Virus record (IMG/VR): IMGVR_UViG_2556921039_000001
DNA: 22,482 nucleotides
DNA from: a virus
Direction: 5' to 3' (one strand)
In this document: positions 1 to 7,065 of the stretch, piece by piece
Layout of the letters: each line of letters opens with the position of its first letter
Position numbering within the stretch: the first letter of the stretch is position 1
Notes under the pieces: generated by a model
Databases searched by the model: none
Told to the model about the DNA's origin: nothing
Seen by the model: only the letters and a program-made list of their open reading frames with translations
Made by a program: the position numbers and the translations under genes

Positions 1-348
1 AGCGGCGTCATCAGCGATTTTCTTTTCATCAACCTGCAGCGGGACAGTACACAGGGGAAGCCGCTTCGCTACGGCAATTACTACGCCATCCTGAAAAGAT
101 GCGCCCAAAGGGCAGGCCTTGACCCTGAGAAAATACGAACGCACAGCGGACGCAGTACAAAGGTGATGGAGTATCTGGAGCGTCAGGCACTCCATCCGGA
201 GGATGGCATCACCGATGCCGTCATTATGGAGAGCTTCGGCTGGCGCTCCGCCGATTCCATCGTCCACTACCGGAACCACAACAATCAGGTCATAGCCAAA
301 GCGGTTATGGAAAAGCTGCACCGGAAGAAAGGTGGCGCCAATGATTAA
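1..348 (+). CDS. Tyrosine recombinase (TnpA-like), C-terminal part; truncated by the window start
   Basis: Frame 1 is open from base 1 (SGVISDFLFINLQRDSTQGKPLRYGNYYAILKRCAQRAGLDPEKIRTHSGRST...) to TAA at 346-348. It contains HxxR (HSGR), FGW at the LG[H/W] position and a candidate catalytic Tyr (IVHY). The ORF track only shows the part from 163. Confidence 0.85.
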   Translation, partial: SGVISDFLFINLQRDSTQGKPLRYGNYYAILKRCAQRAGLDPEKIRTHSGRSTKVMEYLERQALHPEDGITDAVIMESFGWRSADSIVHYRNHNNQVIAKAVMEKLHRKKGGAND

Positions 349-2596
349 ACTGCTTGAGATTAAGACCTGTACCGCCTTTTGGGACATAGACGGGACTGTC
401 CTGCGTTTTCAGAGACGAAAGCGCGTCGATGACGAGCTGACGGGCCGGACGATAGAACGGTACCGGGAACTGCTGCTGAATGAAACCTACAAAAGCTGCC
501 CGCAAATGCTCCGCGACATTGCCTGCATCTTAACGGATAACATTCTGGTACGAATCGGCATTGAGGTGTATCAAAAGCAATTTCTGAAAATGTTTGAGCA
601 CTATTCAAAGCTATATGTCGAGCAGTGGGAACAGGCCGGAAAATGTTTCATCTCCAACAAAACGGCTATGTTTCCTGTTTTCGAGTTCATGTTCCGAAAC
701 AGGCTGGTTGAACAGCCGGATAGTCCGATTACGATCTTGAGAGACATCCCGTGTGACAGCAAGATTTTTTTGAATATCTTTGAGGAATGCTTTTCATCCT
801 TCTGGGTAAACAAGATCAGGGAGAAGGTTCTGGGACAGGAAACGCTTGCCCCCATACGGAAACGAATTGGTCCCCTGCGGATAACACAATACCTCTGCCT
901 TCTGCCGGAGCCGGTCGTCACAGATTATCTTAATTCTATTGCAGGCAGATTTACACGGCAGCGCAGGCTCATCACCACGCAAAGCTTCTGCCACGAATTG
1001 CTTGGCAGCGACACATCCATTTCCAGCCCGCGTTTTCATCCAAGGTTTGTAACACTGGTCGCTGCCGAAGTTCGCCGCGAGTTTGAAATCCAGTGCCAAA
1101 AATTCATTGCTGAAAACCACCTGCAGCTTGATATGTCCAGTGACAAGTGGACGCTGTTCCACAGGCACGGGCCGTCCCTGCACCGGGAAACCATTGATTT
1201 TACAGGAATTCGTTCACCTTCCCTGCGGCTTGAAATCAAGTATTTCATGAAGCACAGATATTACAGCATCACCGCCGACAAAGACCGTGCCATTACTACC
1301 TTAGCGTACGCGGCCAATCTGCTCACAGATAACAATCCAAGTATTCGTTTTTTCGCGGATGTGGATGATGTTGATGTCCGGTCGCTGTACATGAGCATGG
1401 AGCGCAGATATGGACAAACAGCCGGAGGAAAGTCGGTATCCAATATCATGAGGGTTTTCAGCATTTTGTCGGTACTCATGGAATATCTGATGAGCAATCA
1501 TCGGGATGAAGCAATGCGCAGCCCCGTTCCACACGACAACCCCTTTTCCCGTTACCGGTTTCATAACGCAAAGGACTACAAGGTACGGACCGCCGCCATT
1601 CCGGAGGCTGTTGCGGAGCAGATCGATGCGCATCTGGATGAACTTGACCCGGTGCAGGCTCTGCTGTACCGGATTTTCTCTGCCACAGGCATGCGTATGA
1701 AGGAGGTGCTTTTTCTGGAGGCCGACTGTCTGGAACCGTCACAGTATGAGGGTGTTGTCCAACTTAAGTACAAGCAGTACAAAACCCTGACCGCCAGACG
1801 GAAGGCCGGTGTGCCGGATTATCACAGAGTGCTCATCCTGAAAGCATTGGCAGATGAAATCTCCGGACAGATTCACAAAACGAAAGAGTGGCGGAAGGAA
1901 CTTGGCGTGCCGTATCTGTTTGTCAACAAGCGGCCGAATTTTCGGGCCAGCATGATCAGTATGAGCAATTATCTGCTGGTCATCAACAGGCTCATTGAAA
2001 AATATGACCTCCGTGATGAAAACGGCCGGCTATGGCATTTTACCAGCAAACAGCAGCGCAAAACACTGACGGTTACCCTGATTGAAAACGGAGCGTCCGT
2101 GGATGAGCTTGCTTACTGGCTCGGACATCTTAGCAGAAACACTGCCTCAAATTACTACGCCGAAGTCCGGAAAATGAAGCTGGCTGAGCTCAATACAAGC
2201 TTCTTCCGGGAAAAATTCGATCTTCTGCTATCGGATGAACAGCTTGCGGAGTACACAGAGGAAGAACGCAGGCTGTTGTATATGGATTTCCGACTGGAAC
2301 AACGGCGGGTGGAGTTTGGATTCTGCCTGAAAAAGCTGGCCGATGGCGGCTGTACAAGCAGGAGCAGCCTGATCAACTGTGTAAACTGCAAAAATCTTTG
2401 TACAGGACCCAAGTATCTTCCGTACTGGCAGAGTCTCATGAACGGACAGCGCGAGGTTGTGAACAGCCTCCTCGCCGCTTATGCTGAGGCTGGTATTACG
2501 GACTATGAGGAATTCAGAGAATACAGACAGGCAACATTCCTTCTTAACTGCTATGAAAACATTGTAAACGCCATAGAAGGAGGTGCCTCGGTATGA
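341..2596 (+). CDS. Large tyrosine recombinase/integrase (Tn554 TnpB-like) with long N-terminal extension and C-terminal Cys cluster
   Basis: Motifs TGMRMKEV, HFTSKQQRKT (KxxR at the HxxR position) and LGHLSRNTASNYY; C-terminal GFC-x8-C-x8-CxxC. Start moved to ATG 341, which has an RBS (AAAGGTGG) and overlaps the upstream stop as ATGATTAA. Confidence 0.9.
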   Translation: MIKLLEIKTCTAFWDIDGTVLRFQRRKRVDDELTGRTIERYRELLLNETYKSCPQMLRDIACILTDNILVRIGIEVYQKQFLKMFEHYSKLYVEQWEQAGKCFISNKTAMFPVFEFMFRNRLVEQPDSPITILRDIPCDSKIFLNIFEECFSSFWVNKIREKVLGQETLAPIRKRIGPLRITQYLCLLPEPVVTDYLNSIAGRFTRQRRLITTQSFCHELLGSDTSISSPRFHPRFVTLVAAEVRREFEIQCQKFIAENHLQLDMSSDKWTLFHRHGPSLHRETIDFTGIRSPSLRLEIKYFMKHRYYSITADKDRAITTLAYAANLLTDNNPSIRFFADVDDVDVRSLYMSMERRYGQTAGGKSVSNIMRVFSILSVLMEYLMSNHRDEAMRSPVPHDNPFSRYRFHNAKDYKVRTAAIPEAVAEQIDAHLDELDPVQALLYRIFSATGMRMKEVLFLEADCLEPSQYEGVVQLKYKQYKTLTARRKAGVPDYHRVLILKALADEISGQIHKTKEWRKELGVPYLFVNKRPNFRASMISMSNYLLVINRLIEKYDLRDENGRLWHFTSKQQRKTLTVTLIENGASVDELAYWLGHLSRNTASNYYAEVRKMKLAELNTSFFREKFDLLLSDEQLAEYTEEERRLLYMDFRLEQRRVEFGFCLKKLADGGCTSRSSLINCVNCKNLCTGPKYLPYWQSLMNGQREVVNSLLAAYAEAGITDYEEFREYRQATFLLNCYENIVNAIEGGASV

Positions 2597-4128
2597 ATCT
2601 TCCGCAATACAAATACATCGAAAACTACGACGAGCAGCAAAAGAGCCGGTACTTTGCCCTTTTGCCGCAGCTTGGCAGCAATATTCACTTCGATGAGGAC
2701 ACATGGGTGTGTGACAAACGAATGCGAAGTGCGGCGGAGCCGAAGAATTACATGAACATCTACTTTTCTGCCGTTCCATCTGCTTACAAAGAAATGGTGA
2801 AATACTATTCACTCCTGCGGCTGCTGCATGGTGATACGGTCAGAACGATCCGGTCAAGGATAGCCCGTCTGGTTCCATTCTTGAAGTTCCTGGCCGCAGC
2901 CTGCTCGGCCCCCCTGCTTTCGGGCTGTGACATACGGACGGCTTCAAGGCTGAAAGAGCATCTGGATGCATCCAGCCTGGCGGACAGTACCATACGGGAC
3001 ATCTGGCGCGAGGCAGGTTCTCTGTTTCGCATGATGAACGGGTTTGACGGGGTACCCTGCAAAAATCCTTTTGCCTGCAATCCATATGCGCGAGCTGAAA
3101 AGCTGGACTCCAAATATATCCCGGATAAGGTGGCTGAAAAGCTGGACGGTATCTTCCGGCAAGAAGAAATAGATCTGCACATCCGGTGTATTTACTGGCT
3201 GCTGCGGCTCATTCCGTCCCGGATATCCGAAGTGCTGGCCATGGCAATCGACTGCGTAAAGCCGTACAACGGGAATTTCGTTCTCTTTATCCCAACATGG
3301 AAGCAGAACGGAGGCAACATGGAACCGATCCTGCGTTCTGTCCACATTGAGGATACGGGGATTGCCGGATATCTTCTGGATTTGCTTCGGGCACAACAGA
3401 CAGTAGCCGAGAAATTGCAGGAGCATTTGCCTGAAAACAAACGCGGTTGTCTTTTTACCTATCGGAGGGTGCTTCATTACAAAAACGGCACGGCTTCTCA
3501 GCCGGGCAGGGTTCAAAGTGTCTGTCCTGCCGTTGTGGACTACCATTTCAAAAGAATTTGTGAGCAGTACGGCGTCCTGGATGAAAATGGGGAGGTCTAC
3601 AACCTGACATCCCATCAATTCCGCCACAACGGAATTACCGACCGGCTGGAAGCAGGCTTCACGCTGGAACAGATTGCCGACATGACGGGCCACCACGGAA
3701 ACGCCATGATATGGAACGCCTATTCCCATCTGGATTTAAAGCCTAAGACCATCCTGCAAAAGCAGCGGTATGTTTTGAATGAGCCAAAGCCGCCGGATAA
3801 TCCATATATCCTGTTCGGCGGACGAATTCTCCATATGGAGGAAATGCTTGAAAAGCGGCTGCTTAAAAACCTCCGGGCCCATAAGGTTCCGGGAGGCATC
3901 TGCGGCGACGTTACCGGATGCAAAAGCGATATGTGGGATTGTCTTGAGTGCGGGCATTTTATCCCGGACAGAGATCAGCTTTCCTATTTCGAGGAACAAG
4001 CGTCCGCATGGCGCAGCAAAGCAGACCGTTTCTCGGATTTCCCGGCCATTCACGCCAATGCGTTGAGAAACGCGGATTTATTTGAGAGGATCGCAGCCAA
4101 ACTGCTGGGAGGTGAGAAAGATGAATAG
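2593..4128 (+). CDS. Tyrosine recombinase/integrase (second TnpB-like) with C-terminal Cys cluster
   Basis: Motifs PSRISEV, HQFRH and TGHHGNAMIWNAY; C-terminal GIC-x5-C-x6-CLECGHF. ATGA overlap with the upstream gene; RBS GGAGGTG. Confidence 0.92.
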   Translation: MNLPQYKYIENYDEQQKSRYFALLPQLGSNIHFDEDTWVCDKRMRSAAEPKNYMNIYFSAVPSAYKEMVKYYSLLRLLHGDTVRTIRSRIARLVPFLKFLAAACSAPLLSGCDIRTASRLKEHLDASSLADSTIRDIWREAGSLFRMMNGFDGVPCKNPFACNPYARAEKLDSKYIPDKVAEKLDGIFRQEEIDLHIRCIYWLLRLIPSRISEVLAMAIDCVKPYNGNFVLFIPTWKQNGGNMEPILRSVHIEDTGIAGYLLDLLRAQQTVAEKLQEHLPENKRGCLFTYRRVLHYKNGTASQPGRVQSVCPAVVDYHFKRICEQYGVLDENGEVYNLTSHQFRHNGITDRLEAGFTLEQIADMTGHHGNAMIWNAYSHLDLKPKTILQKQRYVLNEPKPPDNPYILFGGRILHMEEMLEKRLLKNLRAHKVPGGICGDVTGCKSDMWDCLECGHFIPDRDQLSYFEEQASAWRSKADRFSDFPAIHANALRNADLFERIAAKLLGGEKDE

Positions 4129-4516
4129 CAAAGTACCCAAGGAGCTTATTGCCCGGCAGGAGCACCAGCGCCAAACCACGGTCAATACTGTCCTGAGAGC
4201 AATTTCAGAGCTTCGGGCCGAAGGGCACAGGCTGACGATTAAGAATCTTATGGACTATACCGGATTGTCGCGGTCTGTTTTCGGCAAAAAGCATATCCGG
4301 GCTGTTTTGGTCAGTCAGGGAATTGTAGCCGCAGAAGCTTGCGGAGCAGAGCGCACGCCGCCTAAATCCACTGTTCAACAACGAATGAAGCAAAAGCTTG
4401 AGGAAAAGGAACAACAGATTCGTCGGCTAACCGAAGAAAATACCGCTTTGAAAAGTGAATGCGAACTGCTAAGGGGCAAGTTGTATCTCCTGATGCAGCG
4501 GCAGTCACTGGAGTAG
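4121..4516 (+). CDS. TnpC/DUF6262-like transposition helper (HTH plus coiled coil)
   Basis: 131 aa from ATG 4121 (RBS GGAGGTGA; ATGAATAG overlap). HTH-like LTIKNLMDYTGLSRSVF followed by a coiled coil (KQKLEEKEQQIRRLTEENTALKSECELLRGKL). Its position after the recombinases matches Tn554 tnpC. Confidence 0.75.
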   Translation: MNSKVPKELIARQEHQRQTTVNTVLRAISELRAEGHRLTIKNLMDYTGLSRSVFGKKHIRAVLVSQGIVAAEACGAERTPPKSTVQQRMKQKLEEKEQQIRRLTEENTALKSECELLRGKLYLLMQRQSLE

Positions 4517-4544
4517 AAAACCGATTCTATTTTCACTGAAATAT

Positions 4545-4684
4545 TTAACACGATTAAACTATGAGGTTTGGTCGTGTTTTTTATTTAAAAATCAAAAATG
4601 AAAGAAGGAATTTATCTTGAAAAACAAGCATATTCAGTTTACCATTCTCGCACCACCGACAACCGCATACTTTAATCGTGTCAA
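4545..4684. repeat. 24-bp imperfect inverted repeat (arms 4545-4568 and 4661-4684); putative recombinase binding sites
   Basis: TTAACACGATTAAACTATGAGGTT versus the reverse complement of the right arm, TTGACACGATTAAAGTATGCGGTT: 21/24 identical, 92-bp spacer. Confidence 0.75.
4547..4586 (+). terminator. Putative intrinsic terminator after the tnpC-like gene
   Basis: AACACGATTAAAC-loop-GTTTGGTCGTGTT (G-U pairs) followed by TTTTATTT; overlaps the left arm of the inverted repeat. Confidence 0.55.
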
Positions 4685-4700
4685 TCGACCGTGCAGAAAA

Positions 4701-4754
4701 GTGCTTCCAACTCTAACGGATCGAATTAAAGAAATGTTCGATTTTCAAGGATAA
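4701..4754 (+). pseudogene. 3' remnant of a Flp-type major pilin gene (DUF6133-like), apparently interrupted by the recombinase element
   Basis: Translates to VLPTLTDRIKEMFDFQG*, matching my recollection of the conserved C-terminus of clostridial ICE Flp-like pilins (...LFGxxVLPTLTxRIKEMFNYxG). The leader and hydrophobic helix are absent, and the downstream Tad cluster lacks a major pilin. Confidence 0.65.
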
Positions 4755-4765
4755 TTCTGTGGTTA

Positions 4766-4803
4766 AACGGTCTATGGAGATGGAGATAACTCTATAGACC
4801 GTT
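4766..4803 (+). promoter_or_regulatory. Stem-loop downstream of the pilin remnant (mRNA stabiliser or attenuator)
   Basis: AACGGTCTATGGAG-10 nt-CTCTATAGACCGTT: 14-bp stem with one G-U pair and no clear U-tract. Confidence 0.55.
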
Positions 4804-4832
4804 GATCTATTAAATATGGGAGGTGGTGATAG

Positions 4833-5666
4833 GTGGAAGTAATATTAGTGTTGCTTATAGCAGGTCTATTGAGTGGGTGTTTAGTTTATGTGAATTCACT
4901 TTTGAACGACTTGGTATCCATTGCTCTTTATGCAGATCGTTATATGGATTCATTACTTGGCACCAGTGGTTTAAGTCAGATATTTGATATTTTCTTCGGG
5001 TTTGGTGTATCTTTAATCGTGCTAAAATTTTTAAAAAAGGGATTTGAGCAATATATTTTGTGGACCGAAGGTGATGCAGATACTGAACCATTAATCCTTC
5101 TTACAGGGTTCTTTAAAGCTTTAGCCATAGCTGTTTCTTTTCCAACACTTTATGGATGGTTAGCTGAGATTATTGAGGATTTAACTGATCAGCTGATTGC
5201 TGTTATCAGTAATAGTATGGAGACAGATTTTACAGCAGTGATTACTGGTATTTCAAGTGCAGGATTATTTACGGCAATTATTTCTCTCATATTTTTCATA
5301 TGCTTTTTTCTTTTGTATCTTCAGTTTCTTACAAGGGGACTGGAGATTTTTATTTTGAGAGTCGGATTACCACTGGCTTGTGTTGGTTTAATGGATGCCG
5401 ATAAAGGTGTTTTCAGGACTTATATACAGAAATTTTTTCAATCAACTTTAGCAGTACTTGTGCAGATAGTATTAGCTAAAATGGGGGTAGCTCTTATGCT
5501 TAATACTCATGTTTTATGGGGGATTGCTGCATTACTACTTGCACTTAGAACGCCAAGATTTTTACAAGAATTTATTATTGTATCCGGTGGACATGGTGGA
5601 GGAATGGGAACAGTTTATCAATCAGTAAGGCTTGTGCAGATTGCAAAATCAACTTTCAAGAAATAG
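4833..5666 (+). CDS. Conjugal transfer polytopic membrane protein, TrbL/VirB6-like (DUF6102-like)
   Basis: 277 aa with multiple TM helices; segment RGLEIFILRVGLPLACVGLMDADKGVFRTYIQKFFQ is typical of Gram-positive VirB6/TrbL proteins; GTG start with RBS GGGAGGTG. Confidence 0.75.
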   Translation: MEVILVLLIAGLLSGCLVYVNSLLNDLVSIALYADRYMDSLLGTSGLSQIFDIFFGFGVSLIVLKFLKKGFEQYILWTEGDADTEPLILLTGFFKALAIAVSFPTLYGWLAEIIEDLTDQLIAVISNSMETDFTAVITGISSAGLFTAIISLIFFICFFLLYLQFLTRGLEIFILRVGLPLACVGLMDADKGVFRTYIQKFFQSTLAVLVQIVLAKMGVALMLNTHVLWGIAALLLALRTPRFLQEFIIVSGGHGGGMGTVYQSVRLVQIAKSTFKK

Positions 5667-5678
5667 GGGAGGTGCTGT

Positions 5679-5888
5679 ATGGATTTGTTAAAAGAGATGG
5701 CAGATGCCTTTGTTATGCTGATTCGTTCCGGCTCTACCCTCAGAATTATCTACTGTCTTATCCGTATGGGCACTTCTGAGGAAGAAGCAGCGATGTTTAG
5801 AAAAAGAGGAAGAAATACAGTTGTGTTCTATGTATTGGCAGAATGCATCTGGCAGATTAAAGAGCTGGTGTTGGGATATTATGGGTAA
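5679..5888 (+). CDS. Small two-helix membrane protein of the ICE backbone (possibly VirB2/TrbC-like)
   Basis: 69 aa, RBS GGGGAGGTG; two hydrophobic segments separated by a charged loop (EEEAAMFRKRGRN); directly after the VirB6-like gene. Confidence 0.55.
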   Translation: MDLLKEMADAFVMLIRSGSTLRIIYCLIRMGTSEEEAAMFRKRGRNTVVFYVLAECIWQIKELVLGYYG

Positions 5889-5924
5889 AAATTGCCTGAT
5901 ATATAACAGAAACGACGGTTTTTA

Positions 5925-5933
5925 TGGTATACT
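5925..5933 (+). promoter_or_regulatory. Possible extended -10 promoter for the cargo genes
   Basis: TGGTATACT (TGnTATAcT) about 130 bp upstream of ORF 6064; no good -35 seen. Confidence 0.35.
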
Positions 5934-6063
5934 GAAATTAATATATATGGAAATCTAAAAACTAGAAATTGAATGATGGTATGTCCTATCCAATTAGATA
6001 TTATGTAAAAATTAATTTAATTTTTTGATTTCAAATAATAAATATAATTGAGAAGGTGAATTA

Positions 6064-6840
6064 ATGCTAGCAATAATAGGAGAAAAAGTCTTAGATTTAT
6101 TCATTAAGATTTTTGGAGATAAAGTTATTGAAAAAATAAATAAGCTATATGGTATCGATGCATGGTGTAGAGCATTCGAGAAAGCAATAGCATACTCAGA
6201 AGAATTTGATACAGGATTTGGAAAAGAATTAGCAACACATCGTACTATGCTGAGATTTTATTATGAGACGTTTGACACAAATAAAGAAAAGATTTCATTT
6301 AATGACTTTGTTTTATCAATTGGAATGGAATTTTTGGATTTTCAATTAACTATTTCCCCGGATATTATTATAGCGTTAGCTGATGCAATAATTAATAATT
6401 GGTATAAAGAATTACGAACAAATAAATTCTTAAAAAACAAACTAGAAAATATGAGCAAACAACTTCCCGAAATTCAAGATTGGGATGTAGAAGAGATTAA
6501 GTTAATACTAAAAGATCATGAAAAAATGAGACGAGCTTATTTTAAAAGTTTCGAACATATTAAAGGTGCAAAGACCATAAGAGTTTGGTATCCAGCTCCA
6601 AATGAAAATTGGATAAGATGGGATGAAAAATATAGTATTGATATTAAGGTAAATCCAATGTTAGGAATGGCACTAGGGTTTTTTAGAAGAGGTTATGATT
6701 ATTCTTTGCTTGAGACAGATGGAACTCATAGATTAAAATTTGCAGCAATATCGTCTTCAAAGGAGAGGGAGACCGCACAGTTTAAAACATCAACTTTTTA
6801 TATCGGTGAAAAAGGCGGTGAAGTATTCTGGGCATGGTAA
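6064..6840 (+). CDS. Hypothetical protein, 258 aa; candidate defence-associated
   Basis: RBS GAAGGTGA; very AT-rich; no family recognised; lies in the cargo block upstream of Avs2. Confidence 0.75.
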   Translation: MLAIIGEKVLDLFIKIFGDKVIEKINKLYGIDAWCRAFEKAIAYSEEFDTGFGKELATHRTMLRFYYETFDTNKEKISFNDFVLSIGMEFLDFQLTISPDIIIALADAIINNWYKELRTNKFLKNKLENMSKQLPEIQDWDVEEIKLILKDHEKMRRAYFKSFEHIKGAKTIRVWYPAPNENWIRWDEKYSIDIKVNPMLGMALGFFRRGYDYSLLETDGTHRLKFAAISSSKERETAQFKTSTFYIGEKGGEVFWAW

Positions 6841-7065
6841 GTTTAAGAACAGAATCATTTAAAGTAGATATATACAAAGGCTACGTAATACTATAATTTT
6901 AGAATTAAATATCAGTAATAATACATATTTACAAAAGCTATGCGCATTTCTATATTGTTAAAAGTTTTAGGAATATAAAAACAGTTATAAGTAAATTAAC
7001 ATATTTGGTAAGAGCTATAATTGCTTTATTTATCTAAATAAATGAAGTTAAGTAAGGAGGTTAGA

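Larger units (their letters stand above)
1..4700 (+). mobile_element. Tn554/RIT-like tyrosine-recombinase element (three recombinases plus TnpC-like gene); left end outside window
   Basis: Four overlapping genes, visibly more GC-rich (roughly 50% by eye) than the downstream DNA (roughly a third GC). Subterminal inverted repeat, and a junction with a gene remnant at ~4690-4700. Confidence 0.75.

Noticed and set aside
2944-3729. 261-aa minus-strand ORF and the many other short antisense or alternate-frame ORFs in the track
   Set aside because: They lie on top of well-supported + strand genes and have no recognisable motifs; such shadow ORFs are expected, especially in the GC-richer element.
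4656-4684. TTGACA on the minus strand as a -35 box
   Set aside because: There is no -10-like hexamer at 16-18 bp spacing.
4648-4686. Minus strand reads ATTGACACG-ATTAAA...GCGGTTGTC-GGTGGTGCG, vaguely like pilin codons (IDT.IK...AVV.GA), suggesting an inverted pilin segment or shufflon
   Set aside because: It needs frameshifts and gaps, and the same bases are better explained as the right arm of the 24-bp inverted repeat. No set of alternative pilin cassettes is visible.
5679-5888. Possible metal (mercury) transporter label for the small membrane protein
   Set aside because: There is no paired-Cys metal-binding motif and no mer genes; the context points to the conjugation backbone.
5898-6915. 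Loose similarity between the leaders of the two cargo genes (GATATATA..CA..ACG..TATA..AATTA at ~5898 and ~6867), as possible cassette or att-like repeats
   Set aside because: The match is short, gapped and in very AT-rich DNA, so it cannot be told from chance without an alignment.
6841-7065. TATAAT boxes at 6892 and 7016 as avs2 promoters
   Set aside because: Neither has a properly spaced -35, and such hexamers are frequent at this AT content.
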